From positions 147,581-211,580 of the forward strand of contig JBCBUK010000009.1 of NCBI GenBank assembly GCA_039818205.1: a stretch of DNA of 64,000 nt. Direction: 5' to 3'. The notes beneath the pieces were generated by a model. It had not been told where the DNA came from. It ran no database searches and saw nothing but the letters and a program-made list of their open reading frames with translations. The DNA is from Verrucomicrobiota bacterium. GTDB taxonomy: Bacteria > Verrucomicrobiota > Verrucomicrobiia > Opitutales > Cerasicoccaceae. The position numbers and the translations under genes were made by a program. Below are positions 19,362-33,225 of this stretch, piece by piece (within the stretch, counting starts at the first letter, position 1; every line of letters begins with the position of its first letter).

Positions 19362-20591
19362 ATGTTTAAGAAAGCCCTTCTTTCACTATGTCTCGTTACG
19401 ATGGTCCACTTGACTCACGCTAATTTGCCTTCTGGAATGATTAGTAACGGGGAGCAAGGCGTATATGACCCAGCAGTTCCTGAAGAGCTGCGAGTTCGCG
19501 GAGGTTTACCAAACGCATTTCAGAAGTTGGAGGCCGGTGAGCCCGTGTGTGTGGCCTATGTTGGTGGTAGCATTACCGATGCTGAGGGATGGCGGGTAAA
19601 GACCTTTGATTGGTTACAGCAAAAATTTCCCGATTCCGAGCTAAGCCAAGTTGAGGCCGCGATCCCGGGAACCGGTGCCGATTTCGCGGCATGCCGGCTC
19701 AGTGATGATCTTTTGCCCTATAACCCCGACCTCGTTTTTGTTGAGTTTCGGGTCAACCTGGGTGGTGGGTTCGAAGCCCGTGCAATCGAGGGTGTGGTTC
19801 GGCAGATTTGGGAAGCCAACCCGGAGACCGATATCTGTTTGGTCTACACGATTGGAGATTGGATGATTGAGAAGCTGCAGAATAATGAGCAGTTCTTCTT
19901 TGGCGAAATCATGGAAACGATGGCGAACGAATACGGGATTCCCTCGATTGACTTTGGCGTCGAAGTTATCAAGCGCCTCAACAACGATACATTGGTTTTC
20001 GAAAGCGACCAACCCGTTGCGGGCAAACTTCACTTTTCCAGAGATGGAGTTCACCCAATTGATGAGGGGCACGAACTCTACAAGGAGATTGTGGCCCGCT
20101 CATTCAAAACAATGCAAGGGCAGGGCCAAGCGGGTGCGCACCAGATGCCGGAGCCACTTGCAGAAGATCACTTTGGCCGAGCTTCGTTGATTCCGGTCGA
20201 GCATTTAGAAACGATCGGTGGTTGGGTACCCGTTGATGTCGAGAATGATCCCGTTTACACGGCGGATAAGAAGCGCAGTCATGCGATGCTGAGGGGAGCG
20301 TTGAAAACCGCTCAGGTTGGGGATACGATTGAGTTCGATTGGGAGGGTAAGCTGATTTGCTTTACGCATATTCCGCAAGGCGAAGGAATGGAGGTAACGG
20401 TATCCATCGATGGTAATGAACCGAAAACCTACCAACTGGATCAGAAGTCGACCCGCAATGTTTTCGCCCGTTTCTTTTATGCGCCAGAGCAAGAGGATGG
20501 GCCTCATACGGCAAAACTGACCGTCACCAAACTGCCCGAAGGGACGAGCTTCTATGTGGGGCAAGTGATGGTCATTGCGGCATCGGAATAG
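19362..20591 (+). CDS. Secreted SGNH/GDSL hydrolase
   Basis: VGGSIT, VEFRVN, DGVHP motifs; start reassigned to the ATG after GGAGG, which gives a signal peptide. Confidence 0.85.
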   Translation: MFKKALLSLCLVTMVHLTHANLPSGMISNGEQGVYDPAVPEELRVRGGLPNAFQKLEAGEPVCVAYVGGSITDAEGWRVKTFDWLQQKFPDSELSQVEAAIPGTGADFAACRLSDDLLPYNPDLVFVEFRVNLGGGFEARAIEGVVRQIWEANPETDICLVYTIGDWMIEKLQNNEQFFFGEIMETMANEYGIPSIDFGVEVIKRLNNDTLVFESDQPVAGKLHFSRDGVHPIDEGHELYKEIVARSFKTMQGQGQAGAHQMPEPLAEDHFGRASLIPVEHLETIGGWVPVDVENDPVYTADKKRSHAMLRGALKTAQVGDTIEFDWEGKLICFTHIPQGEGMEVTVSIDGNEPKTYQLDQKSTRNVFARFFYAPEQEDGPHTAKLTVTKLPEGTSFYVGQVMVIAASE

Positions 20592-20618
20592 TTTACGATC
20601 GCAATTTTCGGTTCGGTG

Positions 20619-21359
20619 CTAATACGAGTGTTTTTTGCGATAGTCGCGGGGAGAAAGGCTCAAAATTTCTTTAAAAACTTTTGAGAAATGGCTGTGGTCA
20701 TAGAAGCCTACCTGGAGGGCAATTTCGGTCGTCTTTAGTTCGGTTTCACGCAGTAGCTCGGCGGCGGCGTTGATCCGTACGCTCTTCAGGTAATCATGAG
20801 GCGACAGTCCAAATAACTGTCGGAAGATGCGGCCAAACTGGCTGCGCGAAAGCCCAACCTGGGATGCCATGTCTTTGACCTGCAAGGGTTCGGCATAGTG
20901 CTCATGCATCAGGTCGATAACGTCCATCAATCGACTGTAGGCTGGAGGTAATGCGCCAATGGACTCGGCCTCCCGCCAGACACCCGCCAATCCAACGATC
21001 GAACCGCCGGCGTCTCGTAGGGGAATTTTGCTGTAGACGATCACGGCATTGGATCCGCGTTCGGGAGTCGGACAAAGCGCATTGATGATCGGTTTGCCCG
21101 TTCTCATGACTTCTTCGTCCTGCTTCACAAAGATCGCCATCCGCTCGCTATGCCAAAACTCGTGGCCGATTTTTCCAATGGTCTCGGCCTCGGTGGCAAC
21201 GCCGGCGGAGGCCACCGCTCGTAGATTGTTCATGGTGTGCCGCGACTGCCGATCTTTGAAGAAGAACGCGGTGTCGTGGAGACTGTCGAGCAACGGAAGA
21301 AGCTGGTCCATCGGGCCAACCTGATCCCAAAAGTCTCGTTTAAAGTCCTGCTTATTCAT
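20619..21359 (-). CDS. PAS-domain AraC family regulator
   Basis: FFFKD...IGK..KIPLRD..G.IVG PAS domain; [18 protein letters not shown]raC HTH. Confidence 0.92.
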   Translation of the reverse strand: MNKQDFKRDFWDQVGPMDQLLPLLDSLHDTAFFFKDRQSRHTMNNLRAVASAGVATEAETIGKIGHEFWHSERMAIFVKQDEEVMRTGKPIINALCPTPERGSNAVIVYSKIPLRDAGGSIVGLAGVWREAESIGALPPAYSRLMDVIDLMHEHYAEPLQVKDMASQVGLSRSQFGRIFRQLFGLSPHDYLKSVRINAAAELLRETELKTTEIALQVGFYDHSHFSKVFKEILSLSPRDYRKKHSY

Positions 21360-21487
21360 GCGCCATATTTACACAAAAATAGCGCATTCATCCAAGAAAT
21401 AAAAGGAGGTTCACGGTATTCTTATAGTCAGCGGGTTCGTCCGGTAGTCCTGGCTATACCCGAGCTTTATCTAATTTTTTACCGTTT

Positions 21488-22795
21488 ATGAAGTATACTA
21501 GAAGAGAGTTTTTTCGCCGTTCCGGTTTCATGGCGACCGCTGCGGCGTTTCCATTGATCGTTCCTTCCCGCTTACTCGGTGCCAACGCGCCCTCCGAGCA
21601 GATCACGTTAGGCTGTATTGGGGTCGGTGGTCAGGGCACGAGTGTGAATCTAAAGAACTTCCTTAACCAGTCGGACGCTCAGGTGGTCGCTGTTTGCGAT
21701 GCTTTTTGGTCTAAGGCTAAGAATGCCCAGAAAATCGTCAACGAGGCCTATGGCAATGAAGATTGCCGGGCGTATCAGGACTTTCGAGAAATATTGGCGG
21801 ACCCAAGTATCGACGGCGTGGTTATTTCCACGCCGGACCACTGGCACGTTCCAATTTCGATTATGGCAGTCGAGGCGGGTAAGCATGTCTTCTGTGAGAA
21901 GCCAACTCAGAGTATCAACGAGGGGCGACAACTCGTTGAAGCCTTTGCTAAAACAGATAGAGTCTTTCAGGCGGGGATTGAAGATCGGTCAGTTATCTAC
22001 TTCCATAAACTGGTCGAATGGGTGAAGAACGGCGCTATCGGCGAGCTTGAAGAGGTTGAAGTGATTATGCCCAAAGGCCGCGACTTTGCTCTGGAGGATC
22101 CGTCGGAGCCGCCCGAAGACCTGGATTGGAACCTTTGGCAGGGACCGGCGGAATTTCATGAGTTTTCGAATACGCGGGCTTGGCCAGGGCAATGGCGTCA
22201 GATCGCGATGTATTCCAAGGGTACCATCCTGGATATTGGAACGCACTTAGTGGATACCGCGCAAATTGGGATCGATGACCCCAACGTATGTCCCATCGAA
22301 GTATTGGGAACGGGTTTGATTCCGGAAGGTCGCATGACTGATGTTCCGATTGAATACGATCTCCACTATAAATACTGGAACGGTGTCGAGATGCATGTTA
22401 AAAATGGTGAGGGTGCGGTATGGGACCCAGAAAGCTGCTTTATTGAATTTCGTGGTGACAAGGGTTGGGTGCGTCGCAACACCTGGCACGGTCGGCTGGA
22501 AGCCAGTGATCAGAGTATTCTGCGAACAAAGTACTCTCCGGAAGAGAGCAAGCATTGGGTATTACCGCCACGGGAACACCGCAATTTCCTGGACTGTATT
22601 AAGTCAGGCGATTCGACGACTTACACGGCCCTCGATCTTCATGATATGTCAACGACTCTGCACATGGGCGTTATGAGCATTGAGCTTGGGCGTAGGCTGC
22701 AATGGGACCCCAGGCAAGAAGCGTTTATTAACGACGATGAGGCTAATCAACTTCGGGATCGTCCACCGCTGCGTGATTGGGAGGCTGAAGCATGA
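21488..22795 (+). CDS. Tat-exported Gfo/Idh/MocA oxidoreductase
   Basis: TRREFF twin-arginine signal; [26 protein letters not shown]. Confidence 0.92.
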   Translation: MKYTRREFFRRSGFMATAAAFPLIVPSRLLGANAPSEQITLGCIGVGGQGTSVNLKNFLNQSDAQVVAVCDAFWSKAKNAQKIVNEAYGNEDCRAYQDFREILADPSIDGVVISTPDHWHVPISIMAVEAGKHVFCEKPTQSINEGRQLVEAFAKTDRVFQAGIEDRSVIYFHKLVEWVKNGAIGELEEVEVIMPKGRDFALEDPSEPPEDLDWNLWQGPAEFHEFSNTRAWPGQWRQIAMYSKGTILDIGTHLVDTAQIGIDDPNVCPIEVLGTGLIPEGRMTDVPIEYDLHYKYWNGVEMHVKNGEGAVWDPESCFIEFRGDKGWVRRNTWHGRLEASDQSILRTKYSPEESKHWVLPPREHRNFLDCIKSGDSTTYTALDLHDMSTTLHMGVMSIELGRRLQWDPRQEAFINDDEANQLRDRPPLRDWEAEA

Positions 22796-23571
22796 ACAAA
22801 CTGATTGCTTCGCTGATCATGTCGGCAGCCTTCTCGGTTGCTGGTGCAGAAGAGAGGTTTCACGAGTTTACTTCCTACAAAGTAGCCGAAGAGACTCCGA
22901 TTATTCCGGGGTCAATTTATCGTGTGCACCAGGGCGATCGTCCGCAGCCGAAACGTGTGATCCCTCCGGCCTTCGAAGCGGGGGAAGTCGTTCCACCGCC
23001 GAGTGACGCGATTGTCCTTTTTGACGGAGGTAATCTGGATCAATTTCGACCAAATGGGTGGTTGTTAGAAGCAGGTGTTTTGACCGCTGGAAAGGGTGGA
23101 TTGGTGACCAAGGATGCTTTTGGGGATTGCCAGTTTCACATTGTCTGGCGAGCGCCGAATCCGCCAACCGGCAAACCATCGCGGATGGGGAACAGTGGTA
23201 TCTACTTCATGTGGCGGTATGAACTGCAGATCTTTGACTCCTATAGCTGTGAGATCTATGCGGACGGATCTGCGGGAGCGATCTACGGCCAGACGCCGCC
23301 CTTGGTTAACGCCAGCCGACCACCCGGCGAATGGCAAACCTTTGACGTCATATTTGAAGCGCCGCGCTTCGAGGGCGATAAGTTGATTAAACCCGCATAC
23401 ATGACCGTGTTTCACAACGGGATTTTGGTGCAGGACCATACCGAGTTGTTTGGCGGAACCACTCATAAGAGTATCGCTGAATATAGTGCTCACCCCAACC
23501 GTCTTCCTCTACTTATTCAAGGGGATAAAAGCCCGGTGCAATTTAAGCAGATTTGGATTCGCGAATTGTAA
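22792..23571 (+). CDS. DUF1080 / 3-keto-disaccharide hydrolase family protein
   Basis: [37 protein letters not shown]; 4-nt overlap with the oxidoreductase. Confidence 0.9.
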   Translation: MNKLIASLIMSAAFSVAGAEERFHEFTSYKVAEETPIIPGSIYRVHQGDRPQPKRVIPPAFEAGEVVPPPSDAIVLFDGGNLDQFRPNGWLLEAGVLTAGKGGLVTKDAFGDCQFHIVWRAPNPPTGKPSRMGNSGIYFMWRYELQIFDSYSCEIYADGSAGAIYGQTPPLVNASRPPGEWQTFDVIFEAPRFEGDKLIKPAYMTVFHNGILVQDHTELFGGTTHKSIAEYSAHPNRLPLLIQGDKSPVQFKQIWIREL

Positions 23572-23664
23572 TTGGGATGGGTTTTGTATTTGCCTGAGAG
23601 TGAGGGTATTGGCGGGTTAGAGTTCGCTCAATGGCCGCGATTTGGTTGCGGGCGAAAGAATCCG

Positions 23665-23682
23665 ACTAGACGAAAGTCTAGT
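23665..23682. promoter_or_regulatory. Perfect 7-4-7 inverted repeat upstream of the sulfatase
   Basis: ACTAGAC-GAAA-GTCTAGT about 60 bp before the ATG. Confidence 0.4.
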
Positions 23683-23739
23683 ATGTAATATTTGGGATTT
23701 CGGATATTCTGTTGGGTCAGATCTTCACCCACATTTTTC

Positions 23740-25179
23740 ATGAAATCCCTCGTTTTCTTTATCTTGGGCTCCATTGCCCTTACCGTCCACGCTGAGCGAC
23801 CCAATGTCATTGTCTTTATGGCCGATGATATGGGTTATGCTGATGCTGGTTTCACCGGTGCGACCGATATCAAAACTCCCCACCTTGATGCCCTGGCGGC
23901 GTCTGGTGTAGTTTTCAAACAGGGCTATGTTACGCATCCCTTTTGCGGGCCAAGTCGCGCGGGGTTTATGTCGGGTCGTTATCAGGAGCGGTTTGGTTTT
24001 GACCATAACCCAGCCTACGATCCGGCCAATCCATTGCTGGGGATTGACCCGGAAGAGGTTCTCTTCCCCAAGCGCCTTCAGGACGCCGGCTACTATACTG
24101 GCATCATCGGAAAATGGCACCTTGGGGCCGCCGCGCCGTTTAATCCGCTCAATCGCGGTTTTGACTATTTCTATGGCTTTCTCGGTGGTGGCCACGACTA
24201 CTTTGACATCGATATGGCCAAGCCAGTACACACTGCTTACTTGCAGGGGCTAGTTCGAAACAAGCTCCCGGCGGGATTTGAGGGATATATTACAACGGCA
24301 CTGAGCCGCGATGCGGTGAAGTTTGTGGAAGACAATAGCGACAAACCATTCTTTCTTTTCGTTGCTTACAATGCACCTCATGGTCCGCTGCAAGCACCCC
24401 AGGAGGACATCGATCGTTACTCTCATATCGAGGATCGCAAGCGGCAGATATATGCGGCGATGGTCGATGTGATGGACCGCGGGATTGGCGAGGTTGTTGC
24501 TGCATTGAAAGAGGAAGGTGTATACGAAAACACGTTGATTTTCTTCCTCAGTGACAATGGCGGTCCTCAAACGGTGAGTTGGAACCCGCACAATTGGAAT
24601 GGCTCGTCGAACGGACCCCTTCGCGGTGGAAAAACGAATCTGTACGATGGCGGCGTACATGTGCCGTTCATTGCCTCCTGGCCAAAAGGGATTAAGCCTG
24701 GCCAGACTTTTGATTTCCCGGTGATCTCGTTGGACATCGGGCGAACGGCAGTTGAGCTGGCTGGAGGAGACCCGGAAAAGGGCCATGTGATGGAAGGTGT
24801 AAATTTGATTCCGTTTCTGAATGGAGATCGTTCGGACGCTCCGCATGATGCGCTCTACTGGAAGTCCTATGGTAACTGGTCGGTCCTAAGCTCAGCGGGA
24901 TACAAGCACCTGAAGGACCCTTCCAGCCGTGATATTGAGTTGTTCTTTTTGCCTGATGATATTGGGGAGGAAAACGACATGCTCAGCAATCAAGCTGAGG
25001 TGGCATCGCAGCTGCGGAGCAAGTGGGAGGCTTGGAATGCGGAGAATGTGCCTGGGCGTTTGGGTGGCTACATGCAATATTTCATCAAGCGTGATGACTT
25101 TTTCTATGACGCGATTCCCCAGGCGGCTATTGATGCCGGCTACGATCCGGAGTTTCCGCGAATGTTCAAAAAGAAGTAG
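23740..25179 (+). CDS. Formylglycine-dependent (S1) sulfatase
   Basis: [31 protein letters not shown]; signal peptide from ATG 23740. Confidence 0.95.
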   Translation: MKSLVFFILGSIALTVHAERPNVIVFMADDMGYADAGFTGATDIKTPHLDALAASGVVFKQGYVTHPFCGPSRAGFMSGRYQERFGFDHNPAYDPANPLLGIDPEEVLFPKRLQDAGYYTGIIGKWHLGAAAPFNPLNRGFDYFYGFLGGGHDYFDIDMAKPVHTAYLQGLVRNKLPAGFEGYITTALSRDAVKFVEDNSDKPFFLFVAYNAPHGPLQAPQEDIDRYSHIEDRKRQIYAAMVDVMDRGIGEVVAALKEEGVYENTLIFFLSDNGGPQTVSWNPHNWNGSSNGPLRGGKTNLYDGGVHVPFIASWPKGIKPGQTFDFPVISLDIGRTAVELAGGDPEKGHVMEGVNLIPFLNGDRSDAPHDALYWKSYGNWSVLSSAGYKHLKDPSSRDIELFFLPDDIGEENDMLSNQAEVASQLRSKWEAWNAENVPGRLGGYMQYFIKRDDFFYDAIPQAAIDAGYDPEFPRMFKKK

Positions 25180-25325
25180 GTGTCGGTACAGGGTCGCGGG
25201 CGAGTGGCCGCCCTCGAGCTAGATTTCCAATAGCTGATTGGGTGCGATAAAGGATTGTCTCAATCCGAAGCATTGCTGGTATTGGAGTGAGCATTCGGTG
25301 CATTGTGGTAGCTTTTCTTTTCTGA

Positions 25326-28499
<3,174 letters not shown>

Positions 28500-28532
28500 A
28501 TTGATCGCGCCTTATTGGGTTCAAATTTTAGT

Positions 28533-30308
28533 TTAGGAGATCCCCAGCGATTCCAAACGCTTGATCTCGGTGCTCCATTCGAGGCGCTTTTCCGGGCTGT
28601 ACTCGATGTCTTCCGGGAGAAGGCTTTTGCGTGTGCAATTAACCAGTGCCTGCAGGGCTTGATAGCGCCGCGTCTCTTCGATTGCCGGGGGGATCAAGTC
28701 TTCGATGATCGCCAGGATTTCTTCGTGGGAAAGCGTCTGCGGTTGTGCACTGAGCTCGCTCCGAATGCCTGCGAACATTGCTGCGGAGTAGTCCCGCATG
28801 ACCTCGCTGAGTGAATCCAGTATCTCATCGGTCATGGGCTCTTGGAGAAATTTTTCAACGGTCCAGCGAACAAATGCTCGGTGGTCGTCGCCTTGAGGAT
28901 CAAGAACCGGGATGATTAGGCTTCCCGTGCGCCCGGGGCGTCGAATGTCGGGCGACAGCAGGTGAATTCGCGCGGTGATCAGCAGCCAGGTTAGCTTACC
29001 TTTCATTCGCGGGTCGGACATCAGTTCCTGCATTTTACCGGTCAACCGACGTTCGGTGGCGTGTTCGTTCGCACCGATTCGGCCAAACTGCGTATCTGCC
29101 TCATCGACAAAGATCAATGCTCGGCCAATCGACATCAATACACGGCGCAATTTTTCAAACAGAACATCCGTTTGTCCGAACCATTGGGAGCGAATGTTTT
29201 TTATGGTGAGCACCACGATTCCCAGCTCGCCTGCGACCGCCTCGAAAATATAAGACTTACCCGAACCAATTGGGCCGGCGATCGCGGCTCCAGTCAGCGC
29301 GTCTGGTCCGCTGCTACGTAGGCGCGGAATAAACTGCGTTGTCAGGAATTCTTTGAGCTTGGAAGCACCCACGACGTCGGCCATGGACTGACTCGGCTTT
29401 TTAAACTCTATCACACCACTGCCAATCTGATCGATGATGTAGTCTTCGACTTTCTTGATTACGTCTTCATGGCAGATCGATGTTTCGGAGTAAACGGCTC
29501 CCATGAGTAGCTGGCGCAAGGCATATAGCGATAAGCCTGCGGTAAGCGATGCGAGCTCTTCACTCGACATATCGAGTGAGAGATTCTGTTCATGCTGGTT
29601 TTGTTGGAACCAAGAGATAAAGGCCAATCGTTGATCGCGATCAGGAGCATCGACTTCGATCGCCAGGGTTTGCGGGAGCTGGGTTATGCGATGGTTGATC
29701 TGACTCTTGGCCTCGGCAATCAGAATGAGTGAGTCGGATGCCTCCGCAAACGCTGGATCTGAGAACCACTCTTGAACGAGGCTTACTCGGTAGCGATCGC
29801 GTTCGGAAAGGGAAGCAACGGTGCCCTCGGGTAAAATGATGTCGGCGCTTTCAACAATAATTATCAACCGGTTTTCGTAGTGGCCTTTGCGGGAAGCGAT
29901 CGTTAGCTGCCGGAGGATCTCAAGGGCTTTTAGGCTGTCTCCAATGGCGCTGCGGATACGCTCCTGCAGGCTGGGTGGGCTTGGGTCGACCTGATGCCCG
30001 AGCATGACTTTGATTGCCCGATCATCTCGACTATCGACACCCCTCAAGGCATCCCATGCTTCCGACAACGGCTCGAGGTGTTCGTCGGGTATGCGAATCA
30101 AACCGTTGGGTTCGTAGTGGACGACGACATAGCCAGGGAGTGTCCAGCTCTGATCGAGAAGCGCGGTTAAGTTTACATAGTCTTCCGTGTCGCCGCTACG
30201 GAACGAAAATAGATCATGCACATTTCCGTAGAGGATCAGTGACCGGCTCTGACCAGAATTGATGATGCGCCCTGCGCTGCGTAGAAACTGGTTGTTGTTT
30301 TTTGTCAT
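28533..30308 (-). CDS. Classical-clade AAA ATPase with degenerate N-terminal and intact C-terminal AAA domain
   Basis: GPIGSGKS Walker A, IFVDEAD Walker B, SQWFGQTD pore loop, IRRPGR Arg fingers; N-terminal LYGNVHD / IIVESAD remnants. Confidence 0.88.
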   Translation of the reverse strand: MTKNNNQFLRSAGRIINSGQSRSLILYGNVHDLFSFRSGDTEDYVNLTALLDQSWTLPGYVVVHYEPNGLIRIPDEHLEPLSEAWDALRGVDSRDDRAIKVMLGHQVDPSPPSLQERIRSAIGDSLKALEILRQLTIASRKGHYENRLIIIVESADIILPEGTVASLSERDRYRVSLVQEWFSDPAFAEASDSLILIAEAKSQINHRITQLPQTLAIEVDAPDRDQRLAFISWFQQNQHEQNLSLDMSSEELASLTAGLSLYALRQLLMGAVYSETSICHEDVIKKVEDYIIDQIGSGVIEFKKPSQSMADVVGASKLKEFLTTQFIPRLRSSGPDALTGAAIAGPIGSGKSYIFEAVAGELGIVVLTIKNIRSQWFGQTDVLFEKLRRVLMSIGRALIFVDEADTQFGRIGANEHATERRLTGKMQELMSDPRMKGKLTWLLITARIHLLSPDIRRPGRTGSLIIPVLDPQGDDHRAFVRWTVEKFLQEPMTDEILDSLSEVMRDYSAAMFAGIRSELSAQPQTLSHEEILAIIEDLIPPAIEETRRYQALQALVNCTRKSLLPEDIEYSPEKRLEWSTEIKRLESLGIS

Positions 30309-30322
30309 GGTTTAGCTTTCCA

Positions 30323-31219
30323 TTAACTTACGGTATCCTGGCCATAATCCGAACCAAAAGCCGCCTCGATGACTTTCGATTTCTCCTGGGAAATTACCGT
30401 TGAATCTTTTAGGTCGTCGGGCTTGAAAACGGGTTGAGCTTCGTCAAAAACAATGCTGGCACCGTTGCCGTCCCGTCCCCTCTGGGACAAGCCAATGATT
30501 CGGTCGCCGACAAATATTGCTTCCTCAATCTCGTGTGTGACGATGATAATCGTGTGCGGTGGGCGCTCGCCTTTTTCTTTTGCAACCTGGTTTTGATGGT
30601 AGAGCTCGAGCAAGAGACGTTGAAGGGATTCGCGGGTCGCTTCATCAAGTGCACCGAAGGGTTCGTCCATCAACAATATCTGTGGGCGCATGACCAGGGC
30701 CTGAGCAATCGCAACCCGCTGGCACATGCCGCCTGACAATTCGGTTGGGTAGTTATGCATGGCTTTGGCCAGGCCAACTCGTGTGAGAATCTCTTCGCTC
30801 TTTTCGAGATGTGCTTTGCGCAGCTTGCGCCACGCAAAGGGATTCAACCAGCGAAAGTGGGGCTCCGTTTCGTCTAGCATTAAGCCAAAGGCCACGTTTT
30901 GCAATGCGGTGAGATGCGGGAACAACGAGTAGCGTTGATAGACGATTCCACGATCACGGCCAGGTCCATTAACGCTCATCATCTGATCTGTGTCCTTATT
31001 CCAGACTTCGATTGATCCCGAAGTTGGCTCGAGGGTGCCCACGATGCAATTGAGCAAGGTGGACTTTCCGCAGCCGCTGGGACCAACGAAGGCAACGATT
31101 TCTCCAGGCTCGATGGTCGTATCGATTTGGTCTAGTACGCGATGACTACCAAACTGCTTGGAAACGTTCTTGATCCGGATCGCGGGGTGCGATTCGGAGG
31201 CGTTTACTTCTTGCTCCAT
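30323..31219 (-). CDS. NitT/TauT-type ABC transporter ATP-binding protein
   Basis: GPSGCGKST, LSGGMCQRVAIA, LMDEPFGALD, VTHEIEEA. Confidence 0.95.
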   Translation of the reverse strand: MEQEVNASESHPAIRIKNVSKQFGSHRVLDQIDTTIEPGEIVAFVGPSGCGKSTLLNCIVGTLEPTSGSIEVWNKDTDQMMSVNGPGRDRGIVYQRYSLFPHLTALQNVAFGLMLDETEPHFRWLNPFAWRKLRKAHLEKSEEILTRVGLAKAMHNYPTELSGGMCQRVAIAQALVMRPQILLMDEPFGALDEATRESLQRLLLELYHQNQVAKEKGERPPHTIIIVTHEIEEAIFVGDRIIGLSQRGRDGNGASIVFDEAQPVFKPDDLKDSTVISQEKSKVIEAAFGSDYGQDTVS

Positions 31220-32049
31220 GGACTGATTTGGGTTTGTAGGATCTTGATACCCGCATCGAGGGCGAAGGCCAGAAAAGCCAAAATCAAAAGGTAGGGATAG
31301 ACGACAGTCATGTCCAACTTACGTGAGAATAAGCGGATCGTATAGCCAAAGCCGACATTGGCGACCAGGAGTTCAGCCGCAAGGAGATAGACCAGGGCGG
31401 GGCCGATGTTCGATTTGATGATCTCCATGATACGGGGTGCCTTGACAGGGAGGAAGGCATCAACGATGACCTCAAGATGCGACGCACCTAGCGAGTAGGC
31501 TTTGTACCGCAATTCCTTTGGAAAGGAGGCAATCTCTTGAGATACACCAATAGCGATAGCCGGCAGAGTCCCGAACACGATCATCGCAATATACATTGTC
31601 AGGTTGGTTCCCGCCAAAACGAAAAATACCGCTAGTGCCGCGGTTGGAATAATGCGTGACGCCAATCGCAGGGGAAGGACAGCGAGGGACTCAAGGCTGA
31701 GGAATGACCCCATCAACACTCCGAGTAAGAGGCCACCAGCAACGCTGACGCCATACCCGGCGACGAATCGAATCCCTGTGGCCTTGAGATCGCGCCAGAG
31801 CATGGGAGCGCGCTCTTCGGCTTTAACATCCTCGCCCAAAGCGGCAGCTAGTAAGTCATTTTGAGGTTCTGGTTTTTCCAGGATTTGCTTCAACCCTTCG
31901 GCGAGACCGGACCACGTAGGAATGGTTCGATCCTCCGGGTTGTCACGGTGTTTGCTTTCGGAAAGCAGGGTATAGCCGAGCAAAAGCAAAAAGATCGATA
32001 GCGCCTGGAGGACCAGGCGCTTCCGACGGGATATAGGCTGTTGCAGCAT
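31204..32049 (-). CDS. NitT/TauT-type ABC transporter permease
   Basis: Several TM helices, EAA-like KAYSLGAS, YLLAAEL...GFGY. Confidence 0.9.
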   Translation of the reverse strand: MLQQPISRRKRLVLQALSIFLLLLGYTLLSESKHRDNPEDRTIPTWSGLAEGLKQILEKPEPQNDLLAAALGEDVKAEERAPMLWRDLKATGIRFVAGYGVSVAGGLLLGVLMGSFLSLESLAVLPLRLASRIIPTAALAVFFVLAGTNLTMYIAMIVFGTLPAIAIGVSQEIASFPKELRYKAYSLGASHLEVIVDAFLPVKAPRIMEIIKSNIGPALVYLLAAELLVANVGFGYTIRLFSRKLDMTVVYPYLLILAFLAFALDAGIKILQTQISPWSKK

Positions 32050-32070
32050 TCGCGGATCGTTTAGCGAAAA

Positions 32071-33102
32071 CTACTTTTTTGCAACCTGCTTAATGTAGGA
32101 CGGGTCAAAGCTTAGGTTGGTGCCCGGATTGCTTTTACCGAAGGCTAGACTTGGGTTCTCGGCTACGATTCCTTGTTTGACGCAAAACTTGCTGACCTTG
32201 TCCATGGTCTTCGGCAATGCCTCGCTTTCAAACAGCGCCTGGCCTTTTTCGGGTGTGTCATAGAAGCGAGTTTCTTTGACGATTGTTCGCATATCAGCGA
32301 GGCCCAGCTTGGAGAAACGTTCGCCGAGGGCGATCAATGCTTGATCTCGCGTCTTGCTTTGAGTCATTAACCCACAGAATCGATAGTAAGTATCGATAAC
32401 GGCGCAGGCAAAGGCTTCACCACCTTCCTTGTCGAGTGACTTACGGCTCATGGTGACCATATCAATAATCTCATTCGGAATCGACTTCGAGCTGAAGAGC
32501 ATCAGTGAGTCCTTGTCCTGAGACTGAATTTCCAGGCAGAAGGGATTCCAGACAACGATTGCGTCGACCTTGCCTTGGAGGAACGCGGTTGAAGCCGCTG
32601 CTGGATCCATCATGCTGAAGTTGAAGGCCGCTGGATCCATTCCCTGGTCTTCGATGTATCGGTCAAAGAGGTACTGGCTCACTGAGTTCTCTAAGCCATA
32701 GACCGGCACCTCTTTGATCTCGTCGAGCGTGGTGTATTTTTTGGTTACGATGCATTGGTCGGCTCCATCACTGGTGGAGGTTGGGAGGATGGCCACAGAT
32801 TCGATTTGGAGGCTGGGAGCCAGCGAATCCATGTTCGTTAGGCAGGCAGCGTCGACTTGTCCGGATCCGTAGAGTGTAATGCACGTGTCGTAGTCTGTCT
32901 CAACGAGGACGATGTCGACCTCCCATTTCTTTTCTATAGGGCCCATCTTGCCTTCATCCATGTTGATGAGTCCAAGGTCGCTCGCAGTCAAAAAGAGGCT
33001 CCATGAAGGATACTCGCTGACGGCTAGCTTAAAGGTGGGGGCGGCGCTGAGGCTGCCTGCCCCGATAATCAATGAGGTTAAAATCGCGGTGGTTATTTTC
33101 AT
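32071..33102 (-). CDS. NitT/TauT-type ABC substrate-binding protein
   Basis: Signal peptide from ATG 33102; SEYPSW, TNMDSL, SDGAD, IVVWNP, EIIDM. Confidence 0.85.
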   Translation of the reverse strand: MKITTAILTSLIIGAGSLSAAPTFKLAVSEYPSWSLFLTASDLGLINMDEGKMGPIEKKWEVDIVLVETDYDTCITLYGSGQVDAACLTNMDSLAPSLQIESVAILPTSTSDGADQCIVTKKYTTLDEIKEVPVYGLENSVSQYLFDRYIEDQGMDPAAFNFSMMDPAAASTAFLQGKVDAIVVWNPFCLEIQSQDKDSLMLFSSKSIPNEIIDMVTMSRKSLDKEGGEAFACAVIDTYYRFCGLMTQSKTRDQALIALGERFSKLGLADMRTIVKETRFYDTPEKGQALFESEALPKTMDKVSKFCVKQGIVAENPSLAFGKSNPGTNLSFDPSYIKQVAKK

Positions 33103-33133
33103 GTTCAGTGTGGGTTGGGTTTCTGATGCAAAC

Positions 33134-33186
33134 AGTCCAAATGGTATTGGACTATTGTTATCTAAAATTAAATTGTAACACAATTT
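33134..33186. promoter_or_regulatory. Two inverted repeats in the only long internal gap of the operon
   Basis: AGTCCAA-N6-TTGGACT (33134-33153) and AAATTGT-AAC-ACAATTT (33170-33186). Confidence 0.4.
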
Positions 33187-33225
33187 CTCCGCAGCTGAGG
33201 CTGCTCTAGTGCGCCGGGGCTGCTT

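Noticed and set aside
33103..33225. Guanidine riboswitch upstream of the urea/guanidine-like SBP
   Set aside because: I found no ACGR twin hairpins or ykkC consensus by eye, and there are no urea carboxylase genes nearby.
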